Positions 50,909-60,161 of a stretch of DNA of 64,000 nucleotides are shown here, in pieces. Under the pieces are notes generated by a model that did no database searches, was not told the DNA's origin, and saw nothing but the letters and a program-made list of their open reading frames with translations. This stretch comes from Calditrichia bacterium (GTDB lineage: Bacteria; Calditrichota; Calditrichia; RBG-13-44-9; J075). Each line of letters starts with the position of its first letter. Within the stretch, counting starts at the first letter, position 1. The stretch is taken from positions 3,086,187-3,150,186 of the forward strand of contig OZ245730.1 of the NCBI GenBank assembly GCA_965227145.1. The letters run 5' to 3'. Both the position numbers and the translations under genes were made by a program.

Positions 50909-51646
50909 ATGATAGACCTGAGCAGATTTTTTGAAAATCAATTTGACGCCAGGATCATTAGTGACGACCGGCTGCGAAGCTTTACGGCAGATCACATCCA
51001 GCGGATGATTGCCAATAACACGGACGGCAGGTATGATCCGCTGATTGAACCCACCAAGACGTTTTACGATGCGTATTTTAACGCGATCCAGACCGAAGAT
51101 GTGCGCCTGACCGAAAAGCAGGCCATGACATTAACCAAGGATGTGAATAAAACCAATTTTGTCAAAGCGATCCGCCAGAAAGAAGGGATCATCCGGGGCA
51201 CCTGGGGCAAACAATCGCCGGAATACCGGGAATTTTTCCCGCGCGGTGTGGCAGAATATACCCGCTGCACATTGGCCAATGCGGAGAACCTGATGGCCCG
51301 CATCCTGAACCTGTCGGATAAATACAAGGATGTGTTGGGACAGGATTTTGTTGACTTGTTTACCCGTCTCCAAAACGAGTTTGTTACGGCACGGGAACAA
51401 CAGTTGCAAAAGTCCGGCAAGGTATCGGACCTGAAGCAAACCACCCGGGGCAACCGTGAAGCCCTCACCAACCAGTTGACCAAAAACCTGCTGAGCCTGG
51501 CGATTGATTCGATCGGCGAGCCGCAGCGGGTGACGGACTTCTTCGACCAGCGCATTTTGCGACGCAACAGCCGGCGCAGCGCAGGGCCGGAAAATGAACC
51601 GGTTTCTGTCAATGATACGGTTATCGAGGATGTTGTTGCCGGTTAA
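50909..51646 (+). CDS. Hypothetical protein (no recognisable domain); only plus-strand gene inside the repeat island
   Basis: 245-aa ORF with AAGGAG-like RBS (AAGGAGAGACGCAT-ATG); GC clearly higher than the adjacent AT-rich locus. Confidence 0.6.
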   Translation: MIDLSRFFENQFDARIISDDRLRSFTADHIQRMIANNTDGRYDPLIEPTKTFYDAYFNAIQTEDVRLTEKQAMTLTKDVNKTNFVKAIRQKEGIIRGTWGKQSPEYREFFPRGVAEYTRCTLANAENLMARILNLSDKYKDVLGQDFVDLFTRLQNEFVTAREQQLQKSGKVSDLKQTTRGNREALTNQLTKNLLSLAIDSIGEPQRVTDFFDQRILRRNSRRSAGPENEPVSVNDTVIEDVVAG

Positions 51647-51703
51647 TGTGTCATTCGGGGAACAGTTGCGTCGGTGTGATTGTTCCCTGTCGTTTTGTTT
51701 TGT

Positions 51704-51752
51704 CAATTAGCAATTAGCAATTAGCAATTAGCAATTAGCAATTAGCAATTGG
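51704..51752. repeat. (CAATTAG)x7 heptamer tract
   Basis: Direct reading. Confidence 0.9.
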
Positions 51753-51892
51753 CTGTTTTTTACTGCGAATGGTCAATGGTCAACCCATAAGTGGCATATC
51801 GTTATGTAAATGGGGTTCAATGGGTTTTGGTTGGGTTAATCTATTGCTGAAGGTGATGGATATAGTTTAAAAATAGTGAACGACATCTTTTT

Positions 51893-52350
51893 TTGTCCCC
51901 TGATAGACATCCCTCTGTGTCCCCTTAAGAAACATCCCCCTTTGTCCCCCTTCGAAGGGGGAAAGTTGTTTAGCCCCTCTTTGAAGAGGGGTTGGGGAGA
52001 TGTTTCTTTTGCCTTTTGAAACAGCTTCTTTTTATCACCCTAAGAGACATCCCCCTGTGTCCCCCTTCGAAGGGGGAAAGTTGTTTAGCCCCTCTTTGAA
52101 GAGGGGTTTGGGGAGATGTTTCTTCAGCTTTTTGATACAGCTTCTTTTTATCCTCTAAGAAACATCCCCCTTTGTCCCCCTTCGAAGGGGGAATCTTTTT
52201 AGCCCCTCTTTGAAGAGGGGTTGGGGAGATGTTTCTTTTGCTTTTTGAAACAGCTTCTTTTTATCCTCTAAGAGACATCCCCCTGTGTCCCCCTTCGAAG
52301 GGGGAGTCTTTTTTGCCCCTCTTTGAAGAGGGGTTGGGGAGATGTTTTCT
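51893..52350. repeat. Tandem array of ~113-bp palindrome-containing units (4 units, alternating A/B variants)
   Basis: Each unit: AAGARACATCCCC...CCCCCTTCGAAGGGGG (perfect 16-bp palindrome)...CCCCTCTTTGAAGAGGGG (hairpin)...GGGGAGATGTTTCTT (inverted copy of the unit start). Unit starts near 51929, 52044, 52156, 52270. Confidence 0.9.
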
Positions 52351-52392
52351 TCGGCAAGTAGAAGGGCACGGCGGTGCCGTGCCCCTACGTAA

Positions 52393-53523
52393 TTATTTCA
52401 TGAGCACTTCGATGATGTAATCCTGCGTATCGGCATCCAGATAGGGATGCATGGGCAGGCTGAAGATGCGGGTCATCACCGATTCGGTTACCGGGAAGTC
52501 ACCGAGCTTGTAGCCGAGACCGGCAAAAGCATCCTGCAAGTGCAGCGGTTTGGGATAATAGACCGCCGTGGGCACGCCGTTTTCTTTCAGCATTGCCATG
52601 TCCGCTTCGCGATTATCGCTGAGGATGGAGTATTGCGCCCATACGCTGCTGCGATCGTCTTTTACCTGCGGCACAATATATTTTCCGGCAAGCGCCTTGC
52701 TGTATCGCGCGGCAACTGCATCGCGCAGCTCAATTTCTTCATCAAAGATGGTCAGTTTTTCCAGCACAACGGCTGCCTGCATGGTATCCATCCGTCCGTT
52801 GATACCGATGCGAACGTTATCATATTTATGTCCGCCCTGCCCGTGAACCCGGATAGAACGGAGTTTTTCGGCGATACTGTCGTCATTGGTAAAGATGGCG
52901 CCGCCGTCGCCATAGCAACCGAGCGGTTTTGCCGGGAAGAAGGATGTGCCGGCTACATCGCCGTGGCTGCAGGTTTTAGTGCCTTTGTAAGTTGCGCCAA
53001 AGGACTGCGCAGCGTCCTGCCAGACTGCCATGCCGTATTGTTTGGCAATCGCGTTAATTTCGTCGTAATCGGCCGGCTGCCCGAACAGGTCCACCGGGAT
53101 AATGCCTTTGGGTTTGTATTCGCTTTGGGGCGATGCATAGCATTCAATGGCTTCAGCCAATGCTTTGGGATCGATGTTGTAGGTTACCGGATCGATATCC
53201 ACAAATACCGGGCGGGCACCGAGCAGGGCAATCACTTCGGCAGTGGCGATAAAGGTAAAGGGCGTGGTGAAAACGGCATCCCCGGGACCAACTTCATTGG
53301 CCATCAGTCCCATCAGCAGGGCATCGGTGCCGTTGCCGCAGCTGATGCAATGCTGTACGCCGACATAATCCGCAAGCTTGCTTTCCAGCTCTTTTATTTC
53401 CGGTCCCATGATGTATTTGCCGTGATCCAGAACAGCGGCAATCCGCCGGTCGAGGTTTTCACGAATCCGCGCCTGCTGCGCGGCAAGATCGATAAATTGA
53501 ATGTTTTTTAGTGCGGTTGTCAT
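52393..53523 (-). CDS. DegT-family sugar aminotransferase (WbpE/ArnB-like)
   Basis: 376 aa; N-terminal FIDLAAQ, GNGTDAL, PLP-lysine region; next to the oxidoreductase-acetyltransferase fusion. Confidence 0.9.
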   Translation of the reverse strand: MTTALKNIQFIDLAAQQARIRENLDRRIAAVLDHGKYIMGPEIKELESKLADYVGVQHCISCGNGTDALLMGLMANEVGPGDAVFTTPFTFIATAEVIALLGARPVFVDIDPVTYNIDPKALAEAIECYASPQSEYKPKGIIPVDLFGQPADYDEINAIAKQYGMAVWQDAAQSFGATYKGTKTCSHGDVAGTSFFPAKPLGCYGDGGAIFTNDDSIAEKLRSIRVHGQGGHKYDNVRIGINGRMDTMQAAVVLEKLTIFDEEIELRDAVAARYSKALAGKYIVPQVKDDRSSVWAQYSILSDNREADMAMLKENGVPTAVYYPKPLHLQDAFAGLGYKLGDFPVTESVMTRIFSLPMHPYLDADTQDYIIEVLMK

Positions 53524-53954
53524 ATAAATATACCAGTGTTGTTGTGTTGTTGTGTTATCGTTTTACCGTATTTTTGTGTTGCTGAATACGATATGCAGAT
53601 AATTTACACGAACGGTATTGAATGAATCAATGGATAAATAAATCACTGGTTTGAGGAAGTTGAAAAGGTGAAAGGGAAAAGGTGAAAGTAAAAAGGGAAA
53701 ATGATGTTTAGATTCTGGATTTGGCTTTGATGAGTATTGCGCCAAAGATGCGTTTAATTTCTTCAGCTTCCTGATCAAGAGTTGATCGTTGGTGCTGATC
53801 ACCGATTCCTAACCCGGAAATCAGACGAAAAAAGTAGTGTGTTTCCCTGGCTTCTTTTAGGCAGATTGAAATTTTATTTGCAAAATCTTTGGGGCTTGCT
53901 GCATCCTGCGCTTCTTCATTCACACTGTGAAATATTTTAAAAAGAGAATTATTG

Positions 53955-54262
53955 ATTTAATTTCACAGGGTGTAATTATCTTGACTTATGTCGGACAAAA
54001 ACTTTCGTATTCTATTTCTGATATATCTTTTGCCGTATGTCGTTTTAAGATACTTTTCTCTATGTGTTGCATCCTGTTGATTCAGACAGGCTTCGTAATA
54101 TACAAGTTTCAGAGGTCTTCTATCAGCGGTTGATTTAACTTTGCCTGCTTGGTGTTCTGAGATTCTCATTTTCAAGTCACTTGTGTAACCCGTGTAGAAT
54201 TTTCTGTCCTTCTGACTCAACAATACGTAAACATAAAAAAAATTCATTTAATTTCACAGGGT
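53955..54262 (-). mobile_element. Putative mini mobile element: GIY-YIG ORF bounded by 17-bp perfect direct repeats ATTTAATTTCACAGGGT
   Basis: Direct repeats at 53955..53971 and 54246..54262. One overlaps the ORF start codon, the other its stop codon. Element sits inside the conserved SIGAN motif of the host 4HB gene. Confidence 0.55.
53963..54247 (-). CDS. GIY-YIG nuclease family protein (small stand-alone form)
   Basis: 94 aa; MNFFYVYVLLSQKDRKFYTGYTSDLKMRISEH matches the GIY-YIG motif (YVYVL...YTGYT...R..EH). Confidence 0.8.
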   Translation of the reverse strand: MNFFYVYVLLSQKDRKFYTGYTSDLKMRISEHQAGKVKSTADRRPLKLVYYEACLNQQDATHREKYLKTTYGKRYIRNRIRKFLSDISQDNYTL

Positions 54263-54595
54263 AAATTTGCGCCAATCGATGTTACTGACTTCGAAAGTTG
54301 ATACCGGAAAACATCATATTCTTTAGTTATCAGGTAGTGATTTGAAAAATGCAAACGTCATTATTGCGAATTTTAACAATCGTTCATCTAACTTTATCGC
54401 ATATTTTGATCCTGGTTCTCTGATCTCTAAAGTAATTTCGGATTCAATAAAATCGTAAGTTACATTGGATAATGATTTAGCTTCCAAAACTTACATCTTT
54501 TAAATTTTTTAACTTTTTACTTTTTACTTTTTACTTATCGAGAGATCAACCGCACGGACGCAACATGACCACACCCGTGCGGTTAATGAAAACTG

Positions 54596-56206
54596 TTAAT
54601 CCTTGTCCGTCAAGTTGATGATAGTACCTGAAGTTTCTTTATACTCCCGGCTGCAATTACTGCATTTGGCATGATCGTGAACAACATTCAAACGAGTGCC
54701 GCAGCGACACATCCAGCCGATTTGTTTGGCGGGATTACCGACCATCAGGGCGTATTCGGGAACATCTTTGGTAACCACCGCACCGGCACCGATAAAAGCA
54801 AATTTACCGAGCGTTGTTCCGCAAACAATGGTTGCGTTTGCGCCGATGGACGCGCCGTATTTTACCACAGTTTTGTGGTAAAACTCACTGCCGCGCTGGG
54901 GAAATTCACAGCGGGGATTGAGCACATTGGTAAACACCATCGAGGGTCCGCAGAACACATAGTCTTCCAGTTCCACACCTTCGTACACAGAAACGTTGTT
55001 CTGTATCTTGACAAAATTTCCGATGGTTACGTTGTTCCCAACGTTGACATTTTGTCCGAGCACACATTTTTTACCGAGCTTGCTGCCGCTTTGCACATGG
55101 CTGTAATGCCATATTTTGGTGCCCTCCCCTATTTCGCAGCCTTTGTCAACCATTGCGGTATCGTGCACAAAGTATGGCAGTTTTTCGGCAGGCTTGGCAA
55201 CTTCCGGCTGTTTTGCATTCGCAGCTGCGCCATGCTTTTCCAATCCGTTCTGGGCTTTTTCGAGAATTTCCAGCACAGAAACGGCATTTTTTCCGTCGGT
55301 TAGCGGCTGTTCACCGTTGACAATGCAATCGCGGAAATGCAGTTGTTCCAGATCCAGCGGCATCGGCGCTTCGTATTCGATCACCTGAAAATCTTCATCG
55401 CGCTTGACCGGCTCGCCGTTCACCCAATCGATCCCTTTGGGATAGAGCACCAGTTTGTCCGATTGGCGGGAATCCTCGAACACAACCATGCTGCGATCGC
55501 CGATGACCACCAGGCGATGCTCTTTAAAGGGATGCAGCCAACTGACATGGATATGTGCCTGAATATTATTGGGATAGGTTAACGTGGTTAAGGTAACATC
55601 GTGAATGCCGGGCTGCAGAAAAACACCGCCTTTGGCGTCGACCGCCACCGGATCATCACCGATAAAATATTGCAGCACAGAAATATCATGCGGCGCAAAT
55701 GACCACAAAATGTTCTCTTCTTTGCGGACAGTTCCCAGATTGAGTCTGTTGCTATAAATGTATTGCAGTTTACCGAGGGTGCCGTCGTTGATCAATTCCT
55801 TGATTTTGCGAATCGCCGGATGGAACAGCAGCAAATGCCCGACCATCAGTACACGATTGTTTTTCCGCGCCAGCTCATCCAGCTCTTTGGCCTGGCGGGA
55901 AAAGAGGGCCATCGGTTTTTCTACCAGCGCATGTTTGCCGCTTTCCAGCACCGATTTGGCCAACGTAAAATGGGTTTCCGCCGGCGTGCTGATGATGACA
56001 GCAGTAATTTCAGGATCTTCGAGAATCCTGCGCGGATCGTTCACAAATGCTGCTTTTGGCGCGGCGTCGCGCACTTTTGCAGCTCGATCCGGATCGACAT
56101 CACAAACGGTTTTCAACGATTCGCCGAATAATCGGCTGGCTGTGCGAATATGGTTCATCCCCCAACGTCCGCTGCCAATGATTGCTAATTTAAAGGTGTT
56201 GTTCAT
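54596..56206 (-). CDS. Bifunctional Gfo/Idh/MocA-type sugar oxidoreductase fused to hexapeptide N-acetyltransferase (WbpB/WbpD-like)
   Basis: 536 aa; N-terminal Rossmann IIGSGRWG, Gfo/Idh/MocA pattern EKPMA; C-terminal hexapeptide repeats ([37 protein letters not shown]). Confidence 0.85.
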   Translation of the reverse strand: MNNTFKLAIIGSGRWGMNHIRTASRLFGESLKTVCDVDPDRAAKVRDAAPKAAFVNDPRRILEDPEITAVIISTPAETHFTLAKSVLESGKHALVEKPMALFSRQAKELDELARKNNRVLMVGHLLLFHPAIRKIKELINDGTLGKLQYIYSNRLNLGTVRKEENILWSFAPHDISVLQYFIGDDPVAVDAKGGVFLQPGIHDVTLTTLTYPNNIQAHIHVSWLHPFKEHRLVVIGDRSMVVFEDSRQSDKLVLYPKGIDWVNGEPVKRDEDFQVIEYEAPMPLDLEQLHFRDCIVNGEQPLTDGKNAVSVLEILEKAQNGLEKHGAAANAKQPEVAKPAEKLPYFVHDTAMVDKGCEIGEGTKIWHYSHVQSGSKLGKKCVLGQNVNVGNNVTIGNFVKIQNNVSVYEGVELEDYVFCGPSMVFTNVLNPRCEFPQRGSEFYHKTVVKYGASIGANATIVCGTTLGKFAFIGAGAVVTKDVPEYALMVGNPAKQIGWMCRCGTRLNVVHDHAKCSNCSREYKETSGTIINLTDKD

Positions 56207-56552
56207 ATAAAAAAGTCATTCCCGTGTTAGGTAAATTACTGTTCCGTTAACTGTTGGGGGAATTTAATCTACGGGAATTTGTGTTCAAAAGGGTTTTGGC
56301 TAAAGCTCCGCCCCGTCAGTTACAGGCTGCTTTAAAAAACCTGCACGGGGCGATACATATAATGTAATGGGGATTGATCAAACGAACGGATCACCCCAAA
56401 AATATACTACGCAAATCCATTAAAAACCGGTGATTAGCGGCATTTGCCAATGCCGTTCGGAAAACAGCCGGGGCTGTTCACCAAAAGGTTGCGCCAGTTT
56501 TCACTATAGGTAATATACACCTACCCTGATGACAATTAACAATTATACCACA

Positions 56553-56840
56553 TCAACTATCATCTGATCCTGATTGATCAATGGAAATCCGTTTCCGAGA
56601 GTTTGTAAAAGGGAGGTATTTCATCGACAAAATGAATGGATGATTGTTACTTCTTCCCACCGCTAAATCTTCCCTGATCATTTTGCTAAAGTCTTTTGCC
56701 ATAATACAGTTGTCATAGTCGGCGGTTACACCCATAACTTTAACAGATTTGATCATTTTTTCAGACTGAAACCCAATTTTGTTGCTGTTTTTCCGGCAAT
56801 ATCTCCGGGTTAGGTCATAATTTGCAACGGGATTTGGCAT
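56553..56840 (-). CDS. Weak ORF of unknown function, possibly a gene remnant
   Basis: 95-aa ORF in an otherwise ORF-free ~700-bp gap, bracketed by AGGTAATATACACC direct repeats (56508..56521, 56863..56876). Confidence 0.25.
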   Translation of the reverse strand: MPNPVANYDLTRRYCRKNSNKIGFQSEKMIKSVKVMGVTADYDNCIMAKDFSKMIREDLAVGRSNNHPFILSMKYLPFTNSRKRISIDQSGSDDS

Positions 56841-56903
56841 CCCCTATAAAAATCGCGCAAAAAGGTAATATACACCCGCCGGAAAGTCTGTGACTCTACT
56901 CAC

Positions 56904-57776
56904 CTAACCGAGCTGTGCTTCTTTTTTGAGCTGAACTGTTTTGAGATGTTCAAGAATGGTGTCCGGAATATTCAGATCATTGTCTTTTCCGGTGCCCATG
57001 AAGATGCCGGGTTTGTTATCGCCGTGATAATCGCTGCCACCGGAAATGGCGAAACCGTGCGATTCGGCGAGTGCCAGCAAACCCTCGGTGTATTCCGTTG
57101 GCATGCCGGAGTAATACACTTCAAAACCATCCAATCCCAATTCCTTTAGTTCCAATAATTTATCGCGTGCTTCTGCGAATGTGTCGTAATGCATCAGGTG
57201 CGAATGTGCCATTATAGCCAGTCCGCCGGCATCGTGAATCATTTTGATGGCGTCGCTTTCGCCGAGTTTGGTTTTATCCATATATGCGGGTTTGCCTTTG
57301 GCAAGCCAGATGTCGAACGCTTCCTGAATCGAACTGACAACACCTTTGCGCACCAGGATTTTTGCCACATGTGGTCGCCCGATAGCGCCTTCTCCGGCTT
57401 CGTCGAGCAATTCCTGCATGGTGATATCCACCCCGTTTTCTGTCAATTTGCGAATGATGCGCTGGGCGCGTTCGTTGCGTTCTTTCAACAAAAAACTCAG
57501 GGTGTTTTTCAACGATTCAGAATAGGGATCGACGAGCAATCCCAAAATATGCATGTGTCCGTTGTTGGGCAATTTGGTGTCCACGCTGATTTCCACGCCC
57601 GGCACGGTTGTAATGCCGTGGGTTTCACCCAGCGCCATAAACTCAGGAATACCGTCGATGGTATCGTGATCGGTAAGCGCAATGGCGCTCAACCCTTTGG
57701 CTTTGGCTTCCAGAATCAACTGTTCGGGCGTCTGGCTGCCGTCGGAATATGTGCTGTGCATGTGTAAATCGATCAT
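56904..57776 (-). CDS. PHP-domain phosphoesterase (TrpH/YciV-like)
   Basis: Start chosen at internal Met giving MIDLHMHSTYSDGS (PHP motif I), then ALTDHDT; track ORF begins 42 codons upstream. Confidence 0.8.
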   Translation of the reverse strand: MIDLHMHSTYSDGSQTPEQLILEAKAKGLSAIALTDHDTIDGIPEFMALGETHGITTVPGVEISVDTKLPNNGHMHILGLLVDPYSESLKNTLSFLLKERNERAQRIIRKLTENGVDITMQELLDEAGEGAIGRPHVAKILVRKGVVSSIQEAFDIWLAKGKPAYMDKTKLGESDAIKMIHDAGGLAIMAHSHLMHYDTFAEARDKLLELKELGLDGFEVYYSGMPTEYTEGLLALAESHGFAISGGSDYHGDNKPGIFMGTGKDNDLNIPDTILEHLKTVQLKKEAQLG

Positions 57777-57914
57777 CAAGCAACTCCTTTGCTTTTGCGT
57801 GTTTTTCGTATTGCGCTGGCAAATATACAGCATCCGACCGGCAGTCTCAACAGATAATTTATTAACTTTTGCTACACGTTCCCGGTTTTTTTCCCACAAC
57901 AAAACAGATGTTTA

Positions 57915-59579
57915 TCAATTAGCCATATCTGAATCGCGTTTGGCTTTGAAGGCATTGCCGTCGTTCCATTTTGGGAAGGTGTTTTCCCGGCTGAGCTGGT
58001 AGCCAACACGGAACATCAGCCGGATATCGTCGATGGCGCCGCTCAAATCCCAGGTTGCCGGATCGTATTCATCACCCGGTTTGTGATACAGCTCGGCTGT
58101 CCATTTGTTGGAAATCGCCAACACCTCATCCTGCGACTTGCTGACGTGTTCGATCCCCATTTTGGTGTAAAGCGACGGGACGCCTTCTTTGGCAAAACTG
58201 AAGTGATCGGAGCGAAAAAAGATCCCTTTTTCCGGCTCGGGATCGGGGCGAACGTAACGTCCCTGGGCAGTTGCGGCGGTTTCAACATACGCATCGAGTT
58301 GCGAATTGCCTAACCCGATGACGGTGATATCTTTCATTTTTCCAAAAATATTCAGCGCATCCATGTTTAGTGCGGCAACGGTTTTGTTGAGCGGATACAC
58401 CGGATGCGCGGCATAATATGCAGAACCGAGCAGCCCCTGCTCTTCTGCGGTGACCGCCAAAAAGAGGATCGATCGACGCGGCGGTTCCGGCGCATTCACG
58501 AACGCATCAGCCAGTTCCAGCAATGCGGCGGTTCCGGTGGCGTTGTCGCGCGCACCGTTGAAAATATTGTCGCCGTCCATTTCCGGGTTCACCCCAAAAT
58601 GATCCCAATGGGCGCTGTAAATGATAATTTCATCAGCGCGATCGGTTCCCGGCAGCAACGCCAGCACGTTGTTCGATTTGGAGTAGGAAATGTCGTTGGT
58701 CAGCGACAGCGACGCGGTCAGCCCGAACGGTTGGAAAGTGAATCCCGGTTTTGCGGCTTTGGCAATTTCTTCCTCATAATTTAGTCCGGCTTGCCCGAAC
58801 AGCGAGCGCGCCGCGATACCGGATATCCAGCCCTCGAACTGGCAGCGGGACATATTTTTATCCGCCGCTTCCATGTGAAATTCCGGTCCGCTCCAGCCGG
58901 ATTGCACCACAAACCACGGGTAACCAGCCGGCGCCGGTTCGTGAACAATCAGCACTCCGGCCGCGCCCTGCCGCGCGGCTTCTTCGTATTTGTAAGTCCA
59001 GCGACCGTAATAGGTCATCGCACGACCGGTGAACAGCGCGCTGTCCTGCGTCGCGAAACCGGGATCGTTCACCAAAACGACCACAATTTTACCTTTGGCA
59101 TCGAGACCGGCATAATCGTTCCAGTTGTATTCCGGCGCAACGATGCCGTATCCGGCGAACACGATTTCCGCATCGCGAACATCGATTTTATCTACCATCC
59201 GGCGGGTTTGCGCAACAAACTGGCTGCCCAAACCGAGACTCAATCCCCTGCCGGTGCCTTTTATTTCCAGCCGCTCATCCGGATGACTGGTGATTTGCAC
59301 CAACCCGACTTCCTGAAAATAGCTGTCACCATTGCCCGGTTTAAGCCCGATTTTGCGAAATTCATCGCGCAAATAGTTAATGGTTTTGGTCTCGCCTTCC
59401 GTTGCTGGCAATCGCCCCTGAAATTCATCCGAAGCAAGTGTTTTGATGCGTTGGGTGTATTCTGCTTCATCAATCTTAGTGAGCGCTTTTTGCAAATCCT
59501 GCGCAATGGCGAGACTTGCAAACATTGTCAAAAAGAGAACAAATCGTCCGCTGGATGTGATTGAAAAAAATCGCTGCAC
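57915..59579 (-). CDS. M28-family zinc aminopeptidase with signal peptide
   Basis: 554 aa; signal-like N-terminus, M28 motifs HWDHFG, NGARDNATG, TAEEQGLLGS. Confidence 0.85.
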   Translation of the reverse strand: MQRFFSITSSGRFVLFLTMFASLAIAQDLQKALTKIDEAEYTQRIKTLASDEFQGRLPATEGETKTINYLRDEFRKIGLKPGNGDSYFQEVGLVQITSHPDERLEIKGTGRGLSLGLGSQFVAQTRRMVDKIDVRDAEIVFAGYGIVAPEYNWNDYAGLDAKGKIVVVLVNDPGFATQDSALFTGRAMTYYGRWTYKYEEAARQGAAGVLIVHEPAPAGYPWFVVQSGWSGPEFHMEAADKNMSRCQFEGWISGIAARSLFGQAGLNYEEEIAKAAKPGFTFQPFGLTASLSLTNDISYSKSNNVLALLPGTDRADEIIIYSAHWDHFGVNPEMDGDNIFNGARDNATGTAALLELADAFVNAPEPPRRSILFLAVTAEEQGLLGSAYYAAHPVYPLNKTVAALNMDALNIFGKMKDITVIGLGNSQLDAYVETAATAQGRYVRPDPEPEKGIFFRSDHFSFAKEGVPSLYTKMGIEHVSKSQDEVLAISNKWTAELYHKPGDEYDPATWDLSGAIDDIRLMFRVGYQLSRENTFPKWNDGNAFKAKRDSDMAN

Positions 59580-59654
59580 GGTTTTCTCCTGGATTCTGGT
59601 TTCTGGATTTTTTTATTCCGGTGGTTGAGCGGAACCGATACCACCCGCGACCAT

Positions 59655-60125
59655 TCACAATTGGTGAATCTCACGATTTTTGGTGATTATTTTCCACTCG
59701 TTTTCTGTGACGGATTGAACCGACAAACGGCTGCCTTTGCGGAGCAGCACCATTTCCTCGAGTTCGGGAATGTCACGGAGTTCCGGCAAGGTTACCGGTT
59801 CAGCAAATTCGGCTTCGCTGCGAATATCGACCACGCTCCAGCGCGGATCTTCTGTTTTGCTTTTGGGATCAAAATATTTGGATTCGGGGTCAAACTGGGT
59901 GGGATCGGGATATGCTTCGCGAACCACCGTGGCAATCCCGACAATTGCCGGCGGGTTGATCTGACTGTGATAGAAAAATACTTTATCACCAACTTTCATA
60001 TCGCGCATAAAATTGCGGGCCTGATAATTGCGAACACCGTCCCAAAAATCGGTTGAATTCGGCTGGTTTTTGAGATCATCCCATGAATATGCTTCCGGTT
60101 CCGTTTTCATTAACCAGTAGTTCAT
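59655..60125 (-). CDS. EVE (PUA-like) domain protein
   Basis: 156 aa; MNYWLMKTEPEAYSWDDL...GDKVFFYHS pattern typical of EVE/Thy28. Confidence 0.8.
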   Translation of the reverse strand: MNYWLMKTEPEAYSWDDLKNQPNSTDFWDGVRNYQARNFMRDMKVGDKVFFYHSQINPPAIVGIATVVREAYPDPTQFDPESKYFDPKSKTEDPRWSVVDIRSEAEFAEPVTLPELRDIPELEEMVLLRKGSRLSVQSVTENEWKIITKNREIHQL

Positions 60126-60161
60126 TGTTTCCCCTGTCGGTTTAAAATGGCATCACCCGTT

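Larger units (their letters stand above)
53708..54476 (-). pseudogene. Four-helix-bundle protein gene, disrupted: N-part (about 54476..54263, with internal frameshift near 54325..54335), inserted GIY-YIG ORF, C-part (53923..53708)
   Basis: Own translation of minus strand: ...KLDERLLKFAIMTFAFFKSLPDN* then shifted frame KEYDVFRYQLSKSVTSIGANL; C-part NEEAQDAASPKDFANKISICLKEARETHYFFRLI. Both halves align to paralog 49778..50200 (KEYDVFRYQISKAATSIGANYEESQ...REARESNYFLRI). Confidence 0.7.

Noticed and set aside
51893-52350. Possible CRISPR array
   Set aside because: Units are ~113 bp, directly abutting, with no unique spacers between short conserved repeats; no cas genes in the window.
50693-52350. 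Integron gene cassette (attC sites flanking ORF 50909..51646)
   Set aside because: The repeats lack recognisable R''/R' core sites (RYYYAAC / GTTRRRY) and no intI gene is present.
52447-53511. Plus-strand 354-aa ORF
   Set aside because: Antisense shadow of the DegT aminotransferase gene, which has clear family motifs.
53955-54262. Group I intron or intein explanation for the GIY-YIG insert
   Set aside because: The insert is about 308 bp, almost entirely ORF, leaving no room for a ribozyme core. The ORF has its own start and stop codons and would not be in frame with the host as an intein.
49778-54476. Diversity-generating retroelement (4HB proteins resemble Avd accessory proteins)
   Set aside because: No reverse transcriptase ORF and no template/variable repeat pair with adenine-specific differences.
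57189-59564. Plus-strand ORFs (57189..57767, 58791..59564 and others)
   Set aside because: Antisense shadows of the PHP-domain and M28 peptidase genes.
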